Notes: generated by a model from the letters alone, not told the origin. DNA of 43,844 bases from Methanobacteriaceae archaeon (GCA_003558085.1 PWMT01000080.1:1-43844); one strand, 5' to 3'; positions 11,229 to 22,381 are shown, counted from the stretch's first letter. Program-made: numbers and translations.

Positions 11229-11245
11229 TTTTTTATAAATATAAA

Positions 11246-11839
11246 TCATTTTAATTTTCCACTAATAACCACTACTTTTTCAAAAAAAAACTTATCAAAT
11301 GCACTTATTTCCACTTCAAATCCTATGGTTTCCATTTTATTTATGGTTTTTTTAATATCAGAAAGAGAACTTTGAACTAATTGTACTCTTCCTTTCTTAT
11401 TTAAAAAATGTTTTACTTCATCTAAGAAGAGATCAATTACCCTACGACCATCCTCGCCACCATTCCAAGCAGCATCTATATAATCATCTAAAATTTCTTC
11501 TTCACAGCTAGGTAAATAGGGTGTATTAAATAAAATAAGATCAAATTTCTCATTCTTTAGGGGTTGAAAGAGATCACCTTGTATAACATTCATATTTTCG
11601 ATCCGATTCCTTTGCAAATTTTTTTGGGCACATTCCACTGCATGGGGATTGATATCTGTAGCTAAAACTTTTTTAGAATTTAATGAGGCAGCTAAAGCCA
11701 CTAAACCAGTACCGGTACCGATTTCCAATACAATATCATTTTTATTGGTTTTTAAATTATCAGCCAATAAAATAGTATCTTCTGCAGGAGCATAGACTCT
11801 ATCGCAGCTTTCAATTCTCAAGCCTTTATAATTTATCAT
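11246..11839 (-). CDS. HemK2/Mtq2-family protein methyltransferase (release-factor Gln methylase-like)
   Basis: VYAPAEDT, LEIGTGTG, FNTPYLP (NPPY-like), WNGGEDGR and FFFE. Confidence 0.9.
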   Translation of the reverse strand: MINYKGLRIESCDRVYAPAEDTILLADNLKTNKNDIVLEIGTGTGLVALAASLNSKKVLATDINPHAVECAQKNLQRNRIENMNVIQGDLFQPLKNEKFDLILFNTPYLPSCEEEILDDYIDAAWNGGEDGRRVIDLFLDEVKHFLNKKGRVQLVQSSLSDIKKTINKMETIGFEVEISAFDKFFFEKVVVISGKLK

Positions 11840-11914
11840 CTAAATCAATTATAATTAGTTATTATCCCGGTCAGCTATTTTTTTTGTAAATAAAATTATT
11901 ATAATAGTAACAGA

Positions 11915-12772
11915 TCATTTATGCAATAAACGTTTTAGTTCAAATGAAATATCTAAAATCTGATAAGGTGTTAGTTGAAACACCCTTTTTTCTCTTAAAT
12001 CAGGATCCAATTTTTCTATTAATTTCCGGGCTTCTTTTTTATTTAAATCATCTATTTCATGAAATGATTCTAAAAGGGACTTAGCGGCTTTTTTACGACG
12101 GTGTTGGAATAAAGCACGGCAAACATCAGCAAAAAAATCATCAATTTTATTTTCTTCTTTAGGAACCAGCTTTACCACAACAGATTCTATTTTAGGTGGA
12201 GGTAAAAAGGATCGTGGTGATATTTTATCTAATAAATCGACTTCTGCTTTAAAGTAAAGCATCACCGATAAACGAGAGTAGTTTTTAGTGCCAGGAAGAG
12301 CGTTCATACGTTTTGCAAATTCTTTCTGGTACATTAAGATTCCCAAGTCAAATTCATGTTCTAATAATTTAAAAGTAATAGGCGATGATATTTGATAAGG
12401 TAGGTTAGAGACCACTTTATTGAAATAAGGAAAATCAACCTTTAAAGCATCTGCATTTATAACAGTTACATTGTCCCTTTTATATTCTTTTAATCTTTCT
12501 TCTAAAATAGAGGCAATTTTAGGGTCTTGTTCTACAGCCACTACTTCCAGAACTTTAAGGGAAAGGGGAATAGTTAAAGTTCCAATACCAGGACCTATCT
12601 CTAGGACAATGTCTTTTGAAGATAGATCGGCGTATTTAAGTATTTTTTCTCGCTTTAAATTATCAATTAAATAATTTTGACCTAGGCGTCGATTTAAATT
12701 AATGTTGTAATGTTTTAAAGTTTCTTTTGTTTCTCGGGCCAGAGAAACTTTAGTATAATCTAAATTCCTCAA
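11915..12772 (-). CDS. rsmA: 16S rRNA adenine dimethyltransferase
   Basis: LGQNYL, LEIGPGIG, SNLPYQISSP, QKEFA, YSRLSV and PPPKIES. Confidence 0.95.
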   Translation of the reverse strand: MRNLDYTKVSLARETKETLKHYNINLNRRLGQNYLIDNLKREKILKYADLSSKDIVLEIGPGIGTLTIPLSLKVLEVVAVEQDPKIASILEERLKEYKRDNVTVINADALKVDFPYFNKVVSNLPYQISSPITFKLLEHEFDLGILMYQKEFAKRMNALPGTKNYSRLSVMLYFKAEVDLLDKISPRSFLPPPKIESVVVKLVPKEENKIDDFFADVCRALFQHRRKKAAKSLLESFHEIDDLNKKEARKLIEKLDPDLREKRVFQLTPYQILDISFELKRLLHK

Positions 12773-12812
12773 AATACTTCTCCAGGGAATTAATTAAAAA
12801 TAATAATTAACC

Positions 12813-13391
12813 CTATCTTCGACGAGCAGGAGGTCTGGTGAAAAGGATGTATTTTTTCTTTCCCCTTTTATTCTTATCCACATCCAATTCAAGCAACACT
12901 CTTTTTAACAATATCTTTACAGGATCTGAAAGCATGGGTACCCGATTTTTTATATCTTCAAAACTTTCAAAAGGCTTTTCTTCTCGGGTTTTGATAATGT
13001 CCCACATATGTTTTTTACCAATACCTGGTAACAATTCTAACTGATTTAGCCGGGTACTTACTGGGCCTGCTTCATTAAAGAATTGGACGAATTTATCCTC
13101 TTTAGCCTTGATAATTTCTTCAATTACATAATTGAGTTCTACTCTTGCGGTGGCAGTTAATTCATCATAACGAAGTCTACGACTCACTCGAGAAATTTCA
13201 TCTCTTTTTCCAGAACCTATATAAACCTTCTGATGTATTTCTAGATCTACTCCTTCTTTAGGAGTTAGCTCTAGCAGAGTGAATTCTTCTTTACCTATAG
13301 CTTGAGCCACAGGCTTTCTTTTAAAAGTACTCATACCTTCCTGCATATATCCCAGGGGCAGGTAATCAAGGATAATTGCATAATCTTCCAT
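12813..13391 (-). CDS. DUF655 putative RNA-binding protein
   Basis: EDYAIILDYLP, FTLLEL, HhH-like LELLPGIGKK, FESFEDI; usual position downstream of rpoF. Confidence 0.9.
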   Translation of the reverse strand: MEDYAIILDYLPLGYMQEGMSTFKRKPVAQAIGKEEFTLLELTPKEGVDLEIHQKVYIGSGKRDEISRVSRRLRYDELTATARVELNYVIEEIIKAKEDKFVQFFNEAGPVSTRLNQLELLPGIGKKHMWDIIKTREEKPFESFEDIKNRVPMLSDPVKILLKRVLLELDVDKNKRGKKKYILFTRPPARRR

Positions 13392-13465
13392 CCAAATCAC
13401 AAACCATAGTTATTCATTAACAGGATTGATAAAACCTCAAATCCTGGATTAAAAAGTTTAAAAAA

Positions 13466-13801
13466 TTATTTAGGAGGATAATTTTTCACTATCTTCAATA
13501 TTTTATCTAGATCTTCTTTTTTAATTGGCACCCTTTCTTTAGCAAAAAGTAACCTTAAATCTGCTAAATCTTGAGGTAGCATATCTGCTATTCGAATTGC
13601 GTATTTCTTTTTAACTAAATCTTGTAGTTCTTCAATTAATTTCTGAGCATCTTCTATTTCTAGTTTAGAGAACTTTCTGGCATGATCTAAAGTAAGATTT
13701 TGTTCGTAATTTAACTCATAATCTTTTTCTAAATCTTCCAAGATTTCTTTAATTTTGGTAATAGAAACGGGTTCAGTTTCCAGGACCTTTTTTCCTATCA
13801 C
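13466..13801 (-). CDS. rpoF: RNA polymerase subunit F (Rpo4)
   Basis: IGKKVLE, LNYEQ, KFSKL, IADMLP; lies between rpl21e and DUF655; GTG start inferred from the RBS. Confidence 0.92.
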   Translation of the reverse strand: MIGKKVLETEPVSITKIKEILEDLEKDYELNYEQNLTLDHARKFSKLEIEDAQKLIEELQDLVKKKYAIRIADMLPQDLADLRLLFAKERVPIKKEDLDKILKIVKNYPPK

Positions 13802-13806
13802 AGGAA

Positions 13807-14097
13807 TCACTCCTGCATCTTCAAATGTTCTGGACGGACAATAATCTGTTTAGCTTTATTACCCTCTTTTACAGCTATCAGATAAGCTTTTCCTCTTCTT
13901 TCCACTACTTTACCAGTCATTCCATGAAAACGGGGGTGAGGTTGGCCTTTGTGGAAACTGGGATCGATAATAACATGTACCAAATCGTTTTCAGTAAATC
14001 TTTGGATTTTTTTAGTTATAGGGTTAGCTCTACCTATCCTATTAGTTTTTTGAAGTTTATATCTTGTTTTGCTTCTTAAACCTCTTGATCTTTTCAT
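13807..14097 (-). CDS. rpl21e: 50S ribosomal protein L21e
   Basis: [36 protein letters not shown] after GGAGGT. Confidence 0.97.
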   Translation of the reverse strand: MKRSRGLRSKTRYKLQKTNRIGRANPITKKIQRFTENDLVHVIIDPSFHKGQPHPRFHGMTGKVVERRGKAYLIAVKEGNKAKQIIVRPEHLKMQE

Positions 14098-14326
14098 TTT
14101 TTTAACCTCCAATAATGGCGGCTGCCAATATTCAAATTATAATCATAATAAATGAGCAAAGAAATATTAGGCTTCTTGACTCTTCTAAATTGTAACAATC
14201 ATAAAATTTTTTTTTTATTAGATAAAATTCAGATGACCATTAAAATAAGTAGGAAGTCGTCAATACCTATTGGGATTTCATATTATTGTATGGTACTAAT
14301 ATATATTTCGCTACTATTATTTGTTC

Positions 14327-15562
14327 TTAATCTTGGTCTCCAACTTCCAATACATCCAGTTCCACACAACGAGCCGGAGTACCTAAAACTTCACTAACAT
14401 TAGGGATAGTTCTTCCTTTATCTCCGGAAATTAATTCTTTAATATAAAGGCCCCCTTCTGTTTTAATAATTAATTCTAACTCATCAGAGCTGATCATTCC
14501 TGCTTTAATATTTTTTACTTCTCGAAATCTAAATTTGTCTGCGCGACGATGCGATACCCTTAGGGGGGTGCGTTGTTTAATTAAAGTTAGCTTTTGAAGA
14601 TTTTTCAATTTATCTTCACTGATGGCCTTGTTTAGTTTCACTCGGGCCTGGTAAGTTTTAGAAGTGGTTGAAGATGTAGTTTTGATTTGGGCTTTCCTGA
14701 ATTTTTTTGCGTATTTTAGTTGCAATACCTTTACCTTTCCCTGGCATCTTTTATTGATTTCTTGGCTGAGATTTTTCAAGTTTAAATTTCTCTTTCGCGG
14801 TTCTTTAATTTCTATTACAAATGGCCGGCCCTTTCCCAGCATCTTAACATCAATATCTTCTCTACCTGCTCCATGAAATTTTGATCCAGTACCCTGAGTT
14901 TTTTCTAATACTGCTGGAGAAATTAATTCCTCTACGGATTCATTATACATTTTACCAGTAAAGCCACATTGTTCACATCCACGACCCTTACATTTACGAC
15001 AAGGCCATTTGGTCTGGGGGATGCCACGAACCAGTTTCAAATATCGTCCTTCTAAAAATAAGGGGTTTATTTGAATTTTGAATGAAGGTTTTTTTCTTTT
15101 AAAATTAACCATAATGACAATTTGAGGGTCATCAAAATCAACTTCTTGTTTTAGATGTTTTTCTAGAAGTTTACCTATTTCACGATTCACTTCTTTTTTA
15201 ATACCTTCAACCACAACTTCTAAGTTCTGATTTAATTTTTCATCCCTATCAATTATTTCTAAAGGTAATTTACAACCCACTACGAAACTAGAAAATTCCA
15301 AATTCAAATCCTTAATTTTTTCTATTATGGCCTGAATTAGCTTATCATCAATTTCCTGGAATAAATCTTGGCATACATAACACGGGGCATCAATATCTAC
15401 AATTTTATCAGATTCACGGAGCAAATTTCTAATTTTCTCCCCTCTTAAAGGATTTCCGGGCCCTTCTAATTCTTTAGAGAATTTACGTCCAAGACAATGA
15501 TCGCATATTCGGCCCTTAGTTATTTCATTAATTTTTAAAGCTTTTTCTGTTTTACTATCCAT
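14327..15562 (-). CDS. pus10: tRNA pseudouridine(54/55) synthase Pus10
   Basis: ICDHCLGR, CYVC, GIPQTKWPC, HGAGREDIDV with catalytic Asp, QRTPLRV and GGLYIKELISGD. Confidence 0.95.
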   Translation of the reverse strand: MDSKTEKALKINEITKGRICDHCLGRKFSKELEGPGNPLRGEKIRNLLRESDKIVDIDAPCYVCQDLFQEIDDKLIQAIIEKIKDLNLEFSSFVVGCKLPLEIIDRDEKLNQNLEVVVEGIKKEVNREIGKLLEKHLKQEVDFDDPQIVIMVNFKRKKPSFKIQINPLFLEGRYLKLVRGIPQTKWPCRKCKGRGCEQCGFTGKMYNESVEELISPAVLEKTQGTGSKFHGAGREDIDVKMLGKGRPFVIEIKEPRKRNLNLKNLSQEINKRCQGKVKVLQLKYAKKFRKAQIKTTSSTTSKTYQARVKLNKAISEDKLKNLQKLTLIKQRTPLRVSHRRADKFRFREVKNIKAGMISSDELELIIKTEGGLYIKELISGDKGRTIPNVSEVLGTPARCVELDVLEVGDQD

Positions 15563-15635
15563 TTTCAATCTACCTTGATTACATTAGCTCTATTAATTTA
15601 ATTAAAAACTAGTAGCAAAATTAGAATAAATTATT

Positions 15636-16964
15636 TCAGCGCATAAATTGTCGCATTAGCTGACCCATCGGGCCACCCATTTTTCTACGTCCAAAACCTT
15701 TCATAGCTTTTTTAGTGACGTTATAATATTTGAGCAATTCTTTTATATCTTCATTTTTCATTCCAGAACCACGGGCAATTCTTTTAACCCTGGACTGTTT
15801 GATGACTTCGGGGTGTTCCATTTCATAATTGGTCATAGAACTCATAATTATTTTATACTTATCTATTTTTTCTTCAGTTATTTGGGATGCATTTTTAGGA
15901 AGTTTTCCTACACCAGGAATCATATTCATTACTTGCTGCATAGGGCCCATTTTACCCATCATTTCAAATTGAGTGTGCATATCTTTAAGAGTAAATTTAC
16001 CAGATAACATGGCATCCATGGTTTCTGCAACTACTTCTTCATCTGCAACTTCCTCTGCTTTTTCCATAAGAGTTTTAATATCTCCCATTCCTAGAAGACG
16101 TGAAATGAATCTTTCTGGATCAAAAACTTCAAAATCATCTAATCTTTCCCCAGCCCCAATGAATTTAATAGGTGCCTTTATTTCCGCCACAGCAGAGAGA
16201 GCTCCTCCCCCCTTAGCAGAACCATCTAATTTAGTGACTATTATGGATCCTACCGGAGTAGCTTGGGAAAAGGCTAGAGCTTGCTCTTTGGCTTGCTGCC
16301 CAATAGTTCCATCAATTACCAACATAGCTTCGTTTGGTTTTACCACAGCCGATATCTCTTCCATTTCATCTAAGAGAGCTTTTTCTTCTTTATGTCTACC
16401 CGCGGTATCAAAAATTACAATGTCATGCTTTTTGAATTTTTTCAAACCTTTTCTAGCTAAATCTAATGCATCCTTATTATCCGGATCCCCATAAAGTGGC
16501 ACATTCATCTCCTGGGTTAACTGTTTAAGTTGTTCAAAGGCAGCTGGTCTCCACGTATCGAGACATACTACCGCAGGATGAAAGCCTTTTTTTTGCAGAA
16601 AGCGGGTAAGCTTACCAATGGTAGTAGTTTTTCCACTTCCCTGCAACCCTAAAAAAAGAATGTTATATGGTTTTTGATCTATTTCTATTTCTTGAGCTTT
16701 TTCACCTAAAAAATTGACCATTTCTTCGTAAACTATGGTAATTATATGTTCCTTAGGTGTGATACCTTTGGAGGGCTCTTCTTTCAAAGCCCTTTCTTCA
16801 ATTGATTTAGATAATTCAAATACAAGTTTTATATTAACATCAGATTGTATTAAAGCTCGCTGAATTTCTTTTATTACTTCCCTAACTACTTCTTCATCTA
16901 CAATGGACATTCCAGCCAGCTTTTTCATGGTTTTAGTCAAATTTTTACCTAAATTGCCTAGCAT
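15636..16964 (-). CDS. srp54: Signal recognition particle protein SRP54
   Basis: [30 protein letters not shown] and a Met-rich M domain with RIARGSG. Confidence 0.98.
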   Translation of the reverse strand: MLGNLGKNLTKTMKKLAGMSIVDEEVVREVIKEIQRALIQSDVNIKLVFELSKSIEERALKEEPSKGITPKEHIITIVYEEMVNFLGEKAQEIEIDQKPYNILFLGLQGSGKTTTIGKLTRFLQKKGFHPAVVCLDTWRPAAFEQLKQLTQEMNVPLYGDPDNKDALDLARKGLKKFKKHDIVIFDTAGRHKEEKALLDEMEEISAVVKPNEAMLVIDGTIGQQAKEQALAFSQATPVGSIIVTKLDGSAKGGGALSAVAEIKAPIKFIGAGERLDDFEVFDPERFISRLLGMGDIKTLMEKAEEVADEEVVAETMDAMLSGKFTLKDMHTQFEMMGKMGPMQQVMNMIPGVGKLPKNASQITEEKIDKYKIIMSSMTNYEMEHPEVIKQSRVKRIARGSGMKNEDIKELLKYYNVTKKAMKGFGRRKMGGPMGQLMRQFMR

Positions 16965-17229
16965 TAATTACCCTCGAATTAAATGTAATTATAATATAAA
17001 CTATTATTATAAACAAAAGTTACTAAAAGAGTACTATATATATTATTATTAAATCAGTTCATATATATTTTATCTATAGGCATAACCTTAAGCCTCTATG
17101 ATATTTTTTTACTTATATTAAATTAAAGGATAATTACCCAATTCACACAGTTTAATAATACCTATGATTTTACATAATTTATCATTAATATTAAATAATA
17201 GATCATAATTCAAGTTAGAAGGCAATTAA

Positions 17230-18012
17230 ATGAAATCTTTAGATGAAACTGTTATAGAAAGTGTGGTAACAGCAATGGATGGAGAAGAAAAGGAAATCTT
17301 TCCTTTCATACCCTATCTACTACAGGATTTATGGGAGATGGGCGCATCACCAGAAGCAATTATAGAACTTATTTATAAAAACAGAAATGACCACACAAAA
17401 CTTAAAATACTGGATTTGGGGTGCGGTAAAGGAGCGGTAACCATTAAAATTGCTGAGAAATTTAATTGTAAATGTCTAGGTATTGATGCCGTTGAAGAAT
17501 TTGTTAAAGAGGCCCAAGAAAAAGCAGAAGAGCACTCAGTCAACGACCTATGCCGATTTGAAGTAGGAGATATAAGAAAAAGAGTTCATGATTTATCCAA
17601 TTTTGATATTATTATACTGGGAGCTATCGGTCCTGTTTTTGGAGATTATTATACTACACTATCCAAACTTTCTAATTGCTTGAAAAAAGACGGAATTTTT
17701 ATAATAGATGATGCTTACCTTCCAGAGCATAGTGAGATTAATCTACCCCACCTAAACAAAAAATCAGAAATTCTCCAACAGATATCAAATGCAGGTTTGC
17801 ATCTTATAACGGAGATAGTTTTTAGTCAAAAGGATATTCGTAAATCAAATCAACATATCTCCTCTCACCTTAGAAAACGAGTTCGGGAATTACAGAAAAA
17901 ACATCCAGCCAAGAAATCACTTTTTAAGCGTTATCTAAAAAAACAGGAAGAAGAAAACGATATATTGGAAAAAAGTGTTTTATGTTCAACTATGTTAATA
18001 GGAAAATTTTAG
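17230..18012 (+). CDS. Class I SAM-dependent methyltransferase
   Basis: Motif I ILDLGCGKG, GIDA, FEVGDI, FDIII and LKKDGIFIIDD. Confidence 0.88.
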   Translation: MKSLDETVIESVVTAMDGEEKEIFPFIPYLLQDLWEMGASPEAIIELIYKNRNDHTKLKILDLGCGKGAVTIKIAEKFNCKCLGIDAVEEFVKEAQEKAEEHSVNDLCRFEVGDIRKRVHDLSNFDIIILGAIGPVFGDYYTTLSKLSNCLKKDGIFIIDDAYLPEHSEINLPHLNKKSEILQQISNAGLHLITEIVFSQKDIRKSNQHISSHLRKRVRELQKKHPAKKSLFKRYLKKQEEENDILEKSVLCSTMLIGKF

Positions 18013-18280
18013 AATGTTTATTAATCTTTAAGAGCCGAATAAATTTGATTAAAGAATTATCAAAGACTAATTTCTAAGTATTTTTTAAAATTATAGACTT
18101 ATAAAATTAAAGGTAGCGATGATTATTAATGGGAAATCAACATAACTTTAAAAAAGATAATTAATGAATTAAGCACCCCACGCTTAGATTAATTCCTGAA
18201 TACAGTAGTTTAAATTTTTATCTACTTTTAACAAGTTAAATGTGAAGATACCAATATGTTTATAAAAAATGGTGAAAAAA

Positions 18281-18850
18281 ATGCTATATAAACTTAAAGA
18301 AAGCTTGAAAAAATCCCCTATAATAAAAAAAGGTGATTATGATTATTTTGTCCATCCTGTGACTGATGGAATACCTTCCGTGGATAGAGATTTACTGCTA
18401 GAAATTGCCCAGGTAATTAAAGAAAAATTCAATCTAGACGTGGATAAGATTCTATGTGCTGAGGCCATGGGTATTCATCTAGCAACAGCCTTAACCCTGG
18501 AAACAGGAATTCCATTTGTAGTGGTAAGAAAAAGGGAATATGCGCTTCCTGGAGAAGTTGCGGTACACCAGACCACTGGTTATAGTAAAGGTGAATTATA
18601 TATAAATGGGATTGATGAAGGAGATAGAATATTATTCATAGATGATGTGGTAAGCACAGGTGGAACCATGAAGGGGATTTTAAATGCCCTGAAAAATATG
18701 AATGTGGAAATAGTGGAAGTTATCGCGGTTATAGAAAAGGGTCAGGGAAAAAAGGTAGTGGAAGATAGTACCGGATGCCATGTAAAAAGTTTAATTAAGG
18801 CAGATGTGGTAAATGGTCAAATAGTGGTGCAAGAAGGAGATTATGAATAA
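18281..18850 (+). CDS. hpt: Hypoxanthine/guanine phosphoribosyltransferase (archaeal type)
   Basis: [28 protein letters not shown] and PRPP loop [10 protein letters not shown]. Confidence 0.92.
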   Translation: MLYKLKESLKKSPIIKKGDYDYFVHPVTDGIPSVDRDLLLEIAQVIKEKFNLDVDKILCAEAMGIHLATALTLETGIPFVVVRKREYALPGEVAVHQTTGYSKGELYINGIDEGDRILFIDDVVSTGGTMKGILNALKNMNVEIVEVIAVIEKGQGKKVVEDSTGCHVKSLIKADVVNGQIVVQEGDYE

Positions 18851-18865
18851 TTAACAGGTTTTAAT

Positions 18866-19858
18866 ATGTCCTTGTATGATTTGGAAATAGATAAAGTAAT
18901 TAAGAAAATAAAGAATTTAAAGGCACAAACTGTTGGTTTACAATTTCCAGACGGCCTTAAGATGCATGCTGTTCATGTAGCAGCACAACTAGAAAAAGAA
19001 ACTGATGCAAAGATTATAATTTCTGCTGATCCCTGCTTTGGAGCGTGTGATCCTTCTGATAAACAAATGGAGGGTATGGTTGATCTTCTAGTTCATTATG
19101 GACATAGTGAACTATCTTTAAATTATTCAGTACCTATTTTATTTATAAGAGCCTATTCACAAATAGAATTAAATAAATCATTAGATGAAGCACTCCCTAT
19201 GCTTCAAAATTATGATAAAGTAGCCCTTGCTACTACCACTCAGCATTTACATCTTCTAGATGAAATCAAAACTTTTCTAGAATCACATGGTAAAGAAGTA
19301 ATAATAGGTTCTGCCCCGGGTATAAGTGCAGGTCAAGTGCTGGGATGTAATTTTTCTTCAATAAAAAATATAGATGCTCCGGTCTTTTTATACGTGGGAA
19401 GTGGAAATTTTCATCCGCTGGGTATTAAGCTTTTCACAGATAAACCAGTAGTTATTGCGGATCCCTATCAAGGCCAGGCCCGCGATATAGAAAAATTCGC
19501 TGATCGGATTTTGAGGATACGTTTTGCGCGTATAACTAGTTCTAAAAAGGCTAAAAAATGGGGAATATTAATTTCTTCCAAAAAAGGCCAGTATCGTTTA
19601 AATTTGGCTCAAAAATTAAAAACACTTCTAGAAGAAAAAGGTAAAGAAGCTTACTTGTTATTGGTAGATAATATTTCCCCGGATTTACTATTACCATTCC
19701 TGGATTTGGATGCTTTTGTAGTAACAGCCTGTCCTCGAATAGCAATTGATGATTCCCAATTATATAAAAAACCTTTATTAACCCCTAAAGAACTGGAAAT
19801 TGTACTAGAAGAGAGAGAATGGTATGATTATCAATTGGATGAAATTTTAATCGTGTGA
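18866..19858 (+). CDS. dph2: Diphthamide biosynthesis enzyme Dph2
   Basis: LQFPDGL, CFGACD, HYGHS, GQVLGC and TACPR, which supply the three Fe-S cysteines. Confidence 0.95.
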   Translation: MSLYDLEIDKVIKKIKNLKAQTVGLQFPDGLKMHAVHVAAQLEKETDAKIIISADPCFGACDPSDKQMEGMVDLLVHYGHSELSLNYSVPILFIRAYSQIELNKSLDEALPMLQNYDKVALATTTQHLHLLDEIKTFLESHGKEVIIGSAPGISAGQVLGCNFSSIKNIDAPVFLYVGSGNFHPLGIKLFTDKPVVIADPYQGQARDIEKFADRILRIRFARITSSKKAKKWGILISSKKGQYRLNLAQKLKTLLEEKGKEAYLLLVDNISPDLLLPFLDLDAFVVTACPRIAIDDSQLYKKPLLTPKELEIVLEEREWYDYQLDEILIV

Positions 19859-20029
19859 TAGTTATTTAACTAATATAAAAAAAATCGTTAAATATATCTA
19901 TTTTTCCAATTAAAAAATAATCAGATTAATATTATTAGAGGATCATACAAACTAATATATAATATAAAAACTAACATCATATTTTAATGTTTTAATTTAA
20001 GTTTAATGTTTTCTAAATTGAGGTGAATT

Positions 20030-20599
20030 ATGAGAGCTAAATCTGGCGATTTTGTCTTACCTGGAGATATTCTAGGTGTCAGTGAAGAATTTATACCTGC
20101 CGATTGGACCTATGATGACGATGGGAAAATTAAATCCTTGGTAGTGGGGGTGGTTTCTAGAGACGATAATCATAAAAAAATATCAGTAATTCCCAAAACC
20201 AGTTCCCCTGCGATACTAAAAAATGGTACTAATGTTGTAGGCCAGATAATGGAAGTAAGAGGTCAAAGAGCTCTAGTTAAAATAGATTCTATAAAAGATA
20301 ATAAAAGAGCACTTTTAGTTTCATTTGTGGGAGGCATACACGTCTCTCAAGCTAAAAAAGGATATCTCTCCAGATTAACCGAAGCATTTCGCATTGGCGA
20401 CATAATAGAGGCTGAAGTGACCAAAGTATTAGGTTTAGATAATATAGATTTAAAGACTTCTAAAAAAGAACTGGGTGTAATTAAAGCTATGTGCACTCGT
20501 TGTCGTCATTTTATGAAACAAACCGGTAAAAGCGAAGTGGTATGTTCCAATTGTGACAATCGTGAAAAAAGAAAATTATCCACCAACTACCAGGTTTGA
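20030..20599 (+). CDS. csl4: Exosome RNA-binding protein Csl4
   Basis: FVLPGD, S1 domain (IHVSQ, FRIGDIIEA), zinc ribbon CTRC...CSNC and EKRKLS. Confidence 0.95.
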   Translation: MRAKSGDFVLPGDILGVSEEFIPADWTYDDDGKIKSLVVGVVSRDDNHKKISVIPKTSSPAILKNGTNVVGQIMEVRGQRALVKIDSIKDNKRALLVSFVGGIHVSQAKKGYLSRLTEAFRIGDIIEAEVTKVLGLDNIDLKTSKKELGVIKAMCTRCRHFMKQTGKSEVVCSNCDNREKRKLSTNYQV

Positions 20600-20643
20600 T
20601 ACTTTTAGGGAGATAAAATTTTAAGATTATTGAGGTATTAAAT

Positions 20644-20904
20644 ATGGAGATTATTACTAAAAAAAGATATGAATTAGAAATTGTAGTGGAAGGAGAATCC
20701 CACACGCTCTGTAATGCTTTAAGGAAAATTCTTATGGAAGATAAAGATGTTAAATCTGCAGCCTATGCTATTGAACACCCTATAGTGGGTGAACCTAAAC
20801 TTTATATTAAGGCCCGGAGTCCTAAAAAATCACTTAAATCTGCTGCAGTTACTTTAAAAGAAAGATGTGATGAATTAAAAGGACTTATAGAAGCTCCTGA
20901 ATAA
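20644..20904 (+). CDS. rpoL: RNA polymerase subunit L (Rpo11)
   Basis: [10 protein letters not shown] and AAYAIEHP. Confidence 0.95.
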   Translation: MEIITKKRYELEIVVEGESHTLCNALRKILMEDKDVKSAAYAIEHPIVGEPKLYIKARSPKKSLKSAAVTLKERCDELKGLIEAPE

Positions 20905-20962
20905 TAATTTTTTACTTTTGGGATTAATATTATATTTTTAATTTTTATTTAACTTCTTTCTC

Positions 20963-21559
20963 ATGAAAAATAAGATATTTAGACAAATCAAAAATGAAAT
21001 AAGAATTTTAGGTATTGATGATGCTCCTTTCACTCCCCACCAAAAAGGAGAAACTTTACTGGTTGGAACCATTTTTCGTGGGGGTTTATGGATGGATGGG
21101 GTTCTAACCACTCATTTACAAATTGATGGGTGCGACGCCACTTCTAAAATAATTAAAATGGTTAATAATTCACGTCACCGTGATCAGATTGGAGTGATGA
21201 TTCTAGATGGAATCACCTTTGGCGGATTCAATGTGGTTGACATAAAAAACATATTTGAAAAAACCAGTATACCAGTTATTGTGGTAATGAGAAAACATCC
21301 TGATTTAGATAAAATAAAGAAAGCATTAAAAAATTTTCCTGATGGAAAAGATAAATGGAAAATTATAGAGAAAGCAGGTAAAATATACCACATAGAATCT
21401 AATGGATCTTTATATATTCAGATAAATGGCTTGGACTTGGAAGATGCGGTCCGGATAATAAATTTATCCACCACCCATAGTGCTATTCCAGAACCAATAC
21501 GCACAGCCCATTTAATTGCTTCGGGTGTTACTGAGGGAGAATCTAGGGGCAGTGCTTAA
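20963..21559 (+). CDS. DUF99/UPF0215 endonuclease V-like protein
   Basis: [26 protein letters not shown] and IPEPIRTAH. Confidence 0.9.
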   Translation: MKNKIFRQIKNEIRILGIDDAPFTPHQKGETLLVGTIFRGGLWMDGVLTTHLQIDGCDATSKIIKMVNNSRHRDQIGVMILDGITFGGFNVVDIKNIFEKTSIPVIVVMRKHPDLDKIKKALKNFPDGKDKWKIIEKAGKIYHIESNGSLYIQINGLDLEDAVRIINLSTTHSAIPEPIRTAHLIASGVTEGESRGSA

Positions 21560-21586
21560 TCAATTATGTTAGCGGAAGGTGATTAA

Positions 21587-22006
21587 ATAAATTTCGAAAA
21601 AAGAAAAAATCCTCTTTTAACCACTGATGTAATTGTAATTTGCCCTGACCATAAAATTGTCATGATTAAAAGGAAAAATAATCCTTACCAGGGCTTATGG
21701 GCATTTCCAGGAGGATTTGTCGAATATGGAGAAACAGTGGAAGAAGCTGCTCTTCGAGAAGTTCGAGAAGAAACTGGACTAGTTATTCAACTTACTAATC
21801 TGGTAGGAATTTATTCTCAGTTAGAAAGAGATCCTCGTTTTCATGTAATAACCATATGTTATTTAGGTTGGCGGGTTTCTGGTGATTTAAAAGCAGATAC
21901 AGATGCAGAAGATGTATCGAAATTCAGTATTGATGAACTATTAAAAATGAGACTAGCCTTTGACCATAAAAAGATTTTACAGGATGCAATTAAACTTATC
22001 ATTTAA
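21587..22006 (+). CDS. NUDIX hydrolase (ADP-ribose pyrophosphatase-like); start appears to be ATA
   Basis: Nudix box [28 protein letters not shown] and LAFDH; the family N-terminus [11 protein letters not shown] lies in frame upstream of the first ATG (21662). Confidence 0.85.
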   Translation: MNFEKRKNPLLTTDVIVICPDHKIVMIKRKNNPYQGLWAFPGGFVEYGETVEEAALREVREETGLVIQLTNLVGIYSQLERDPRFHVITICYLGWRVSGDLKADTDAEDVSKFSIDELLKMRLAFDHKKILQDAIKLII

Positions 22007-22052
22007 ATGATTAAATAAAAATATAAACTTACCATTTATTAGGAGGAACAAA

Positions 22053-22367
22053 ATGGAATTTTGTCCCAAGTGCGGAGCAATTATGTTTCCCAAAGAAGAT
22101 ACTTTTCAATGCAAATGCGGCTTTAAGAAAGATATTACTAAAGATTTAGCTGATAAATACGCTGTTTCAGAAAAAGTAGAGAGTAAGGATACGGTTATCT
22201 TCACAGGGGATGATATTAATACCTTACCTACTACTAAGGCCGTCTGTCCCAAATGTGATAATAAAGAAGCTTTTTGGTGGCTACAACAGACTAGAAGGGC
22301 AGATGAATCTGAAACCAGATTTTTTAGATGTAGCTCATGTAAATACACTTGGAGAGAGTATGATTAA
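22053..22367 (+). CDS. tfs: Transcription factor S (TFS)
   Basis: [22 protein letters not shown] acidic hairpin and CSSC...WREY. Confidence 0.96.
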   Translation: MEFCPKCGAIMFPKEDTFQCKCGFKKDITKDLADKYAVSEKVESKDTVIFTGDDINTLPTTKAVCPKCDNKEAFWWLQQTRRADESETRFFRCSSCKYTWREYD

Positions 22368-22381
22368 AAATAGGGGGCAGT

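Noticed and set aside
14152..14397. 81-aa + strand ORF
   Set aside because: Overlaps the pus10 3' end antisense and the rpl21e promoter region; no RBS or motif.
15973..16494. Long antisense ORFs (also 26848-27192, 32697-33020, 35862-36239, 36679-37134, 39458-39940 and similar)
   Set aside because: Ser/Ile/Phe-rich shadow frames opposite well-supported genes.
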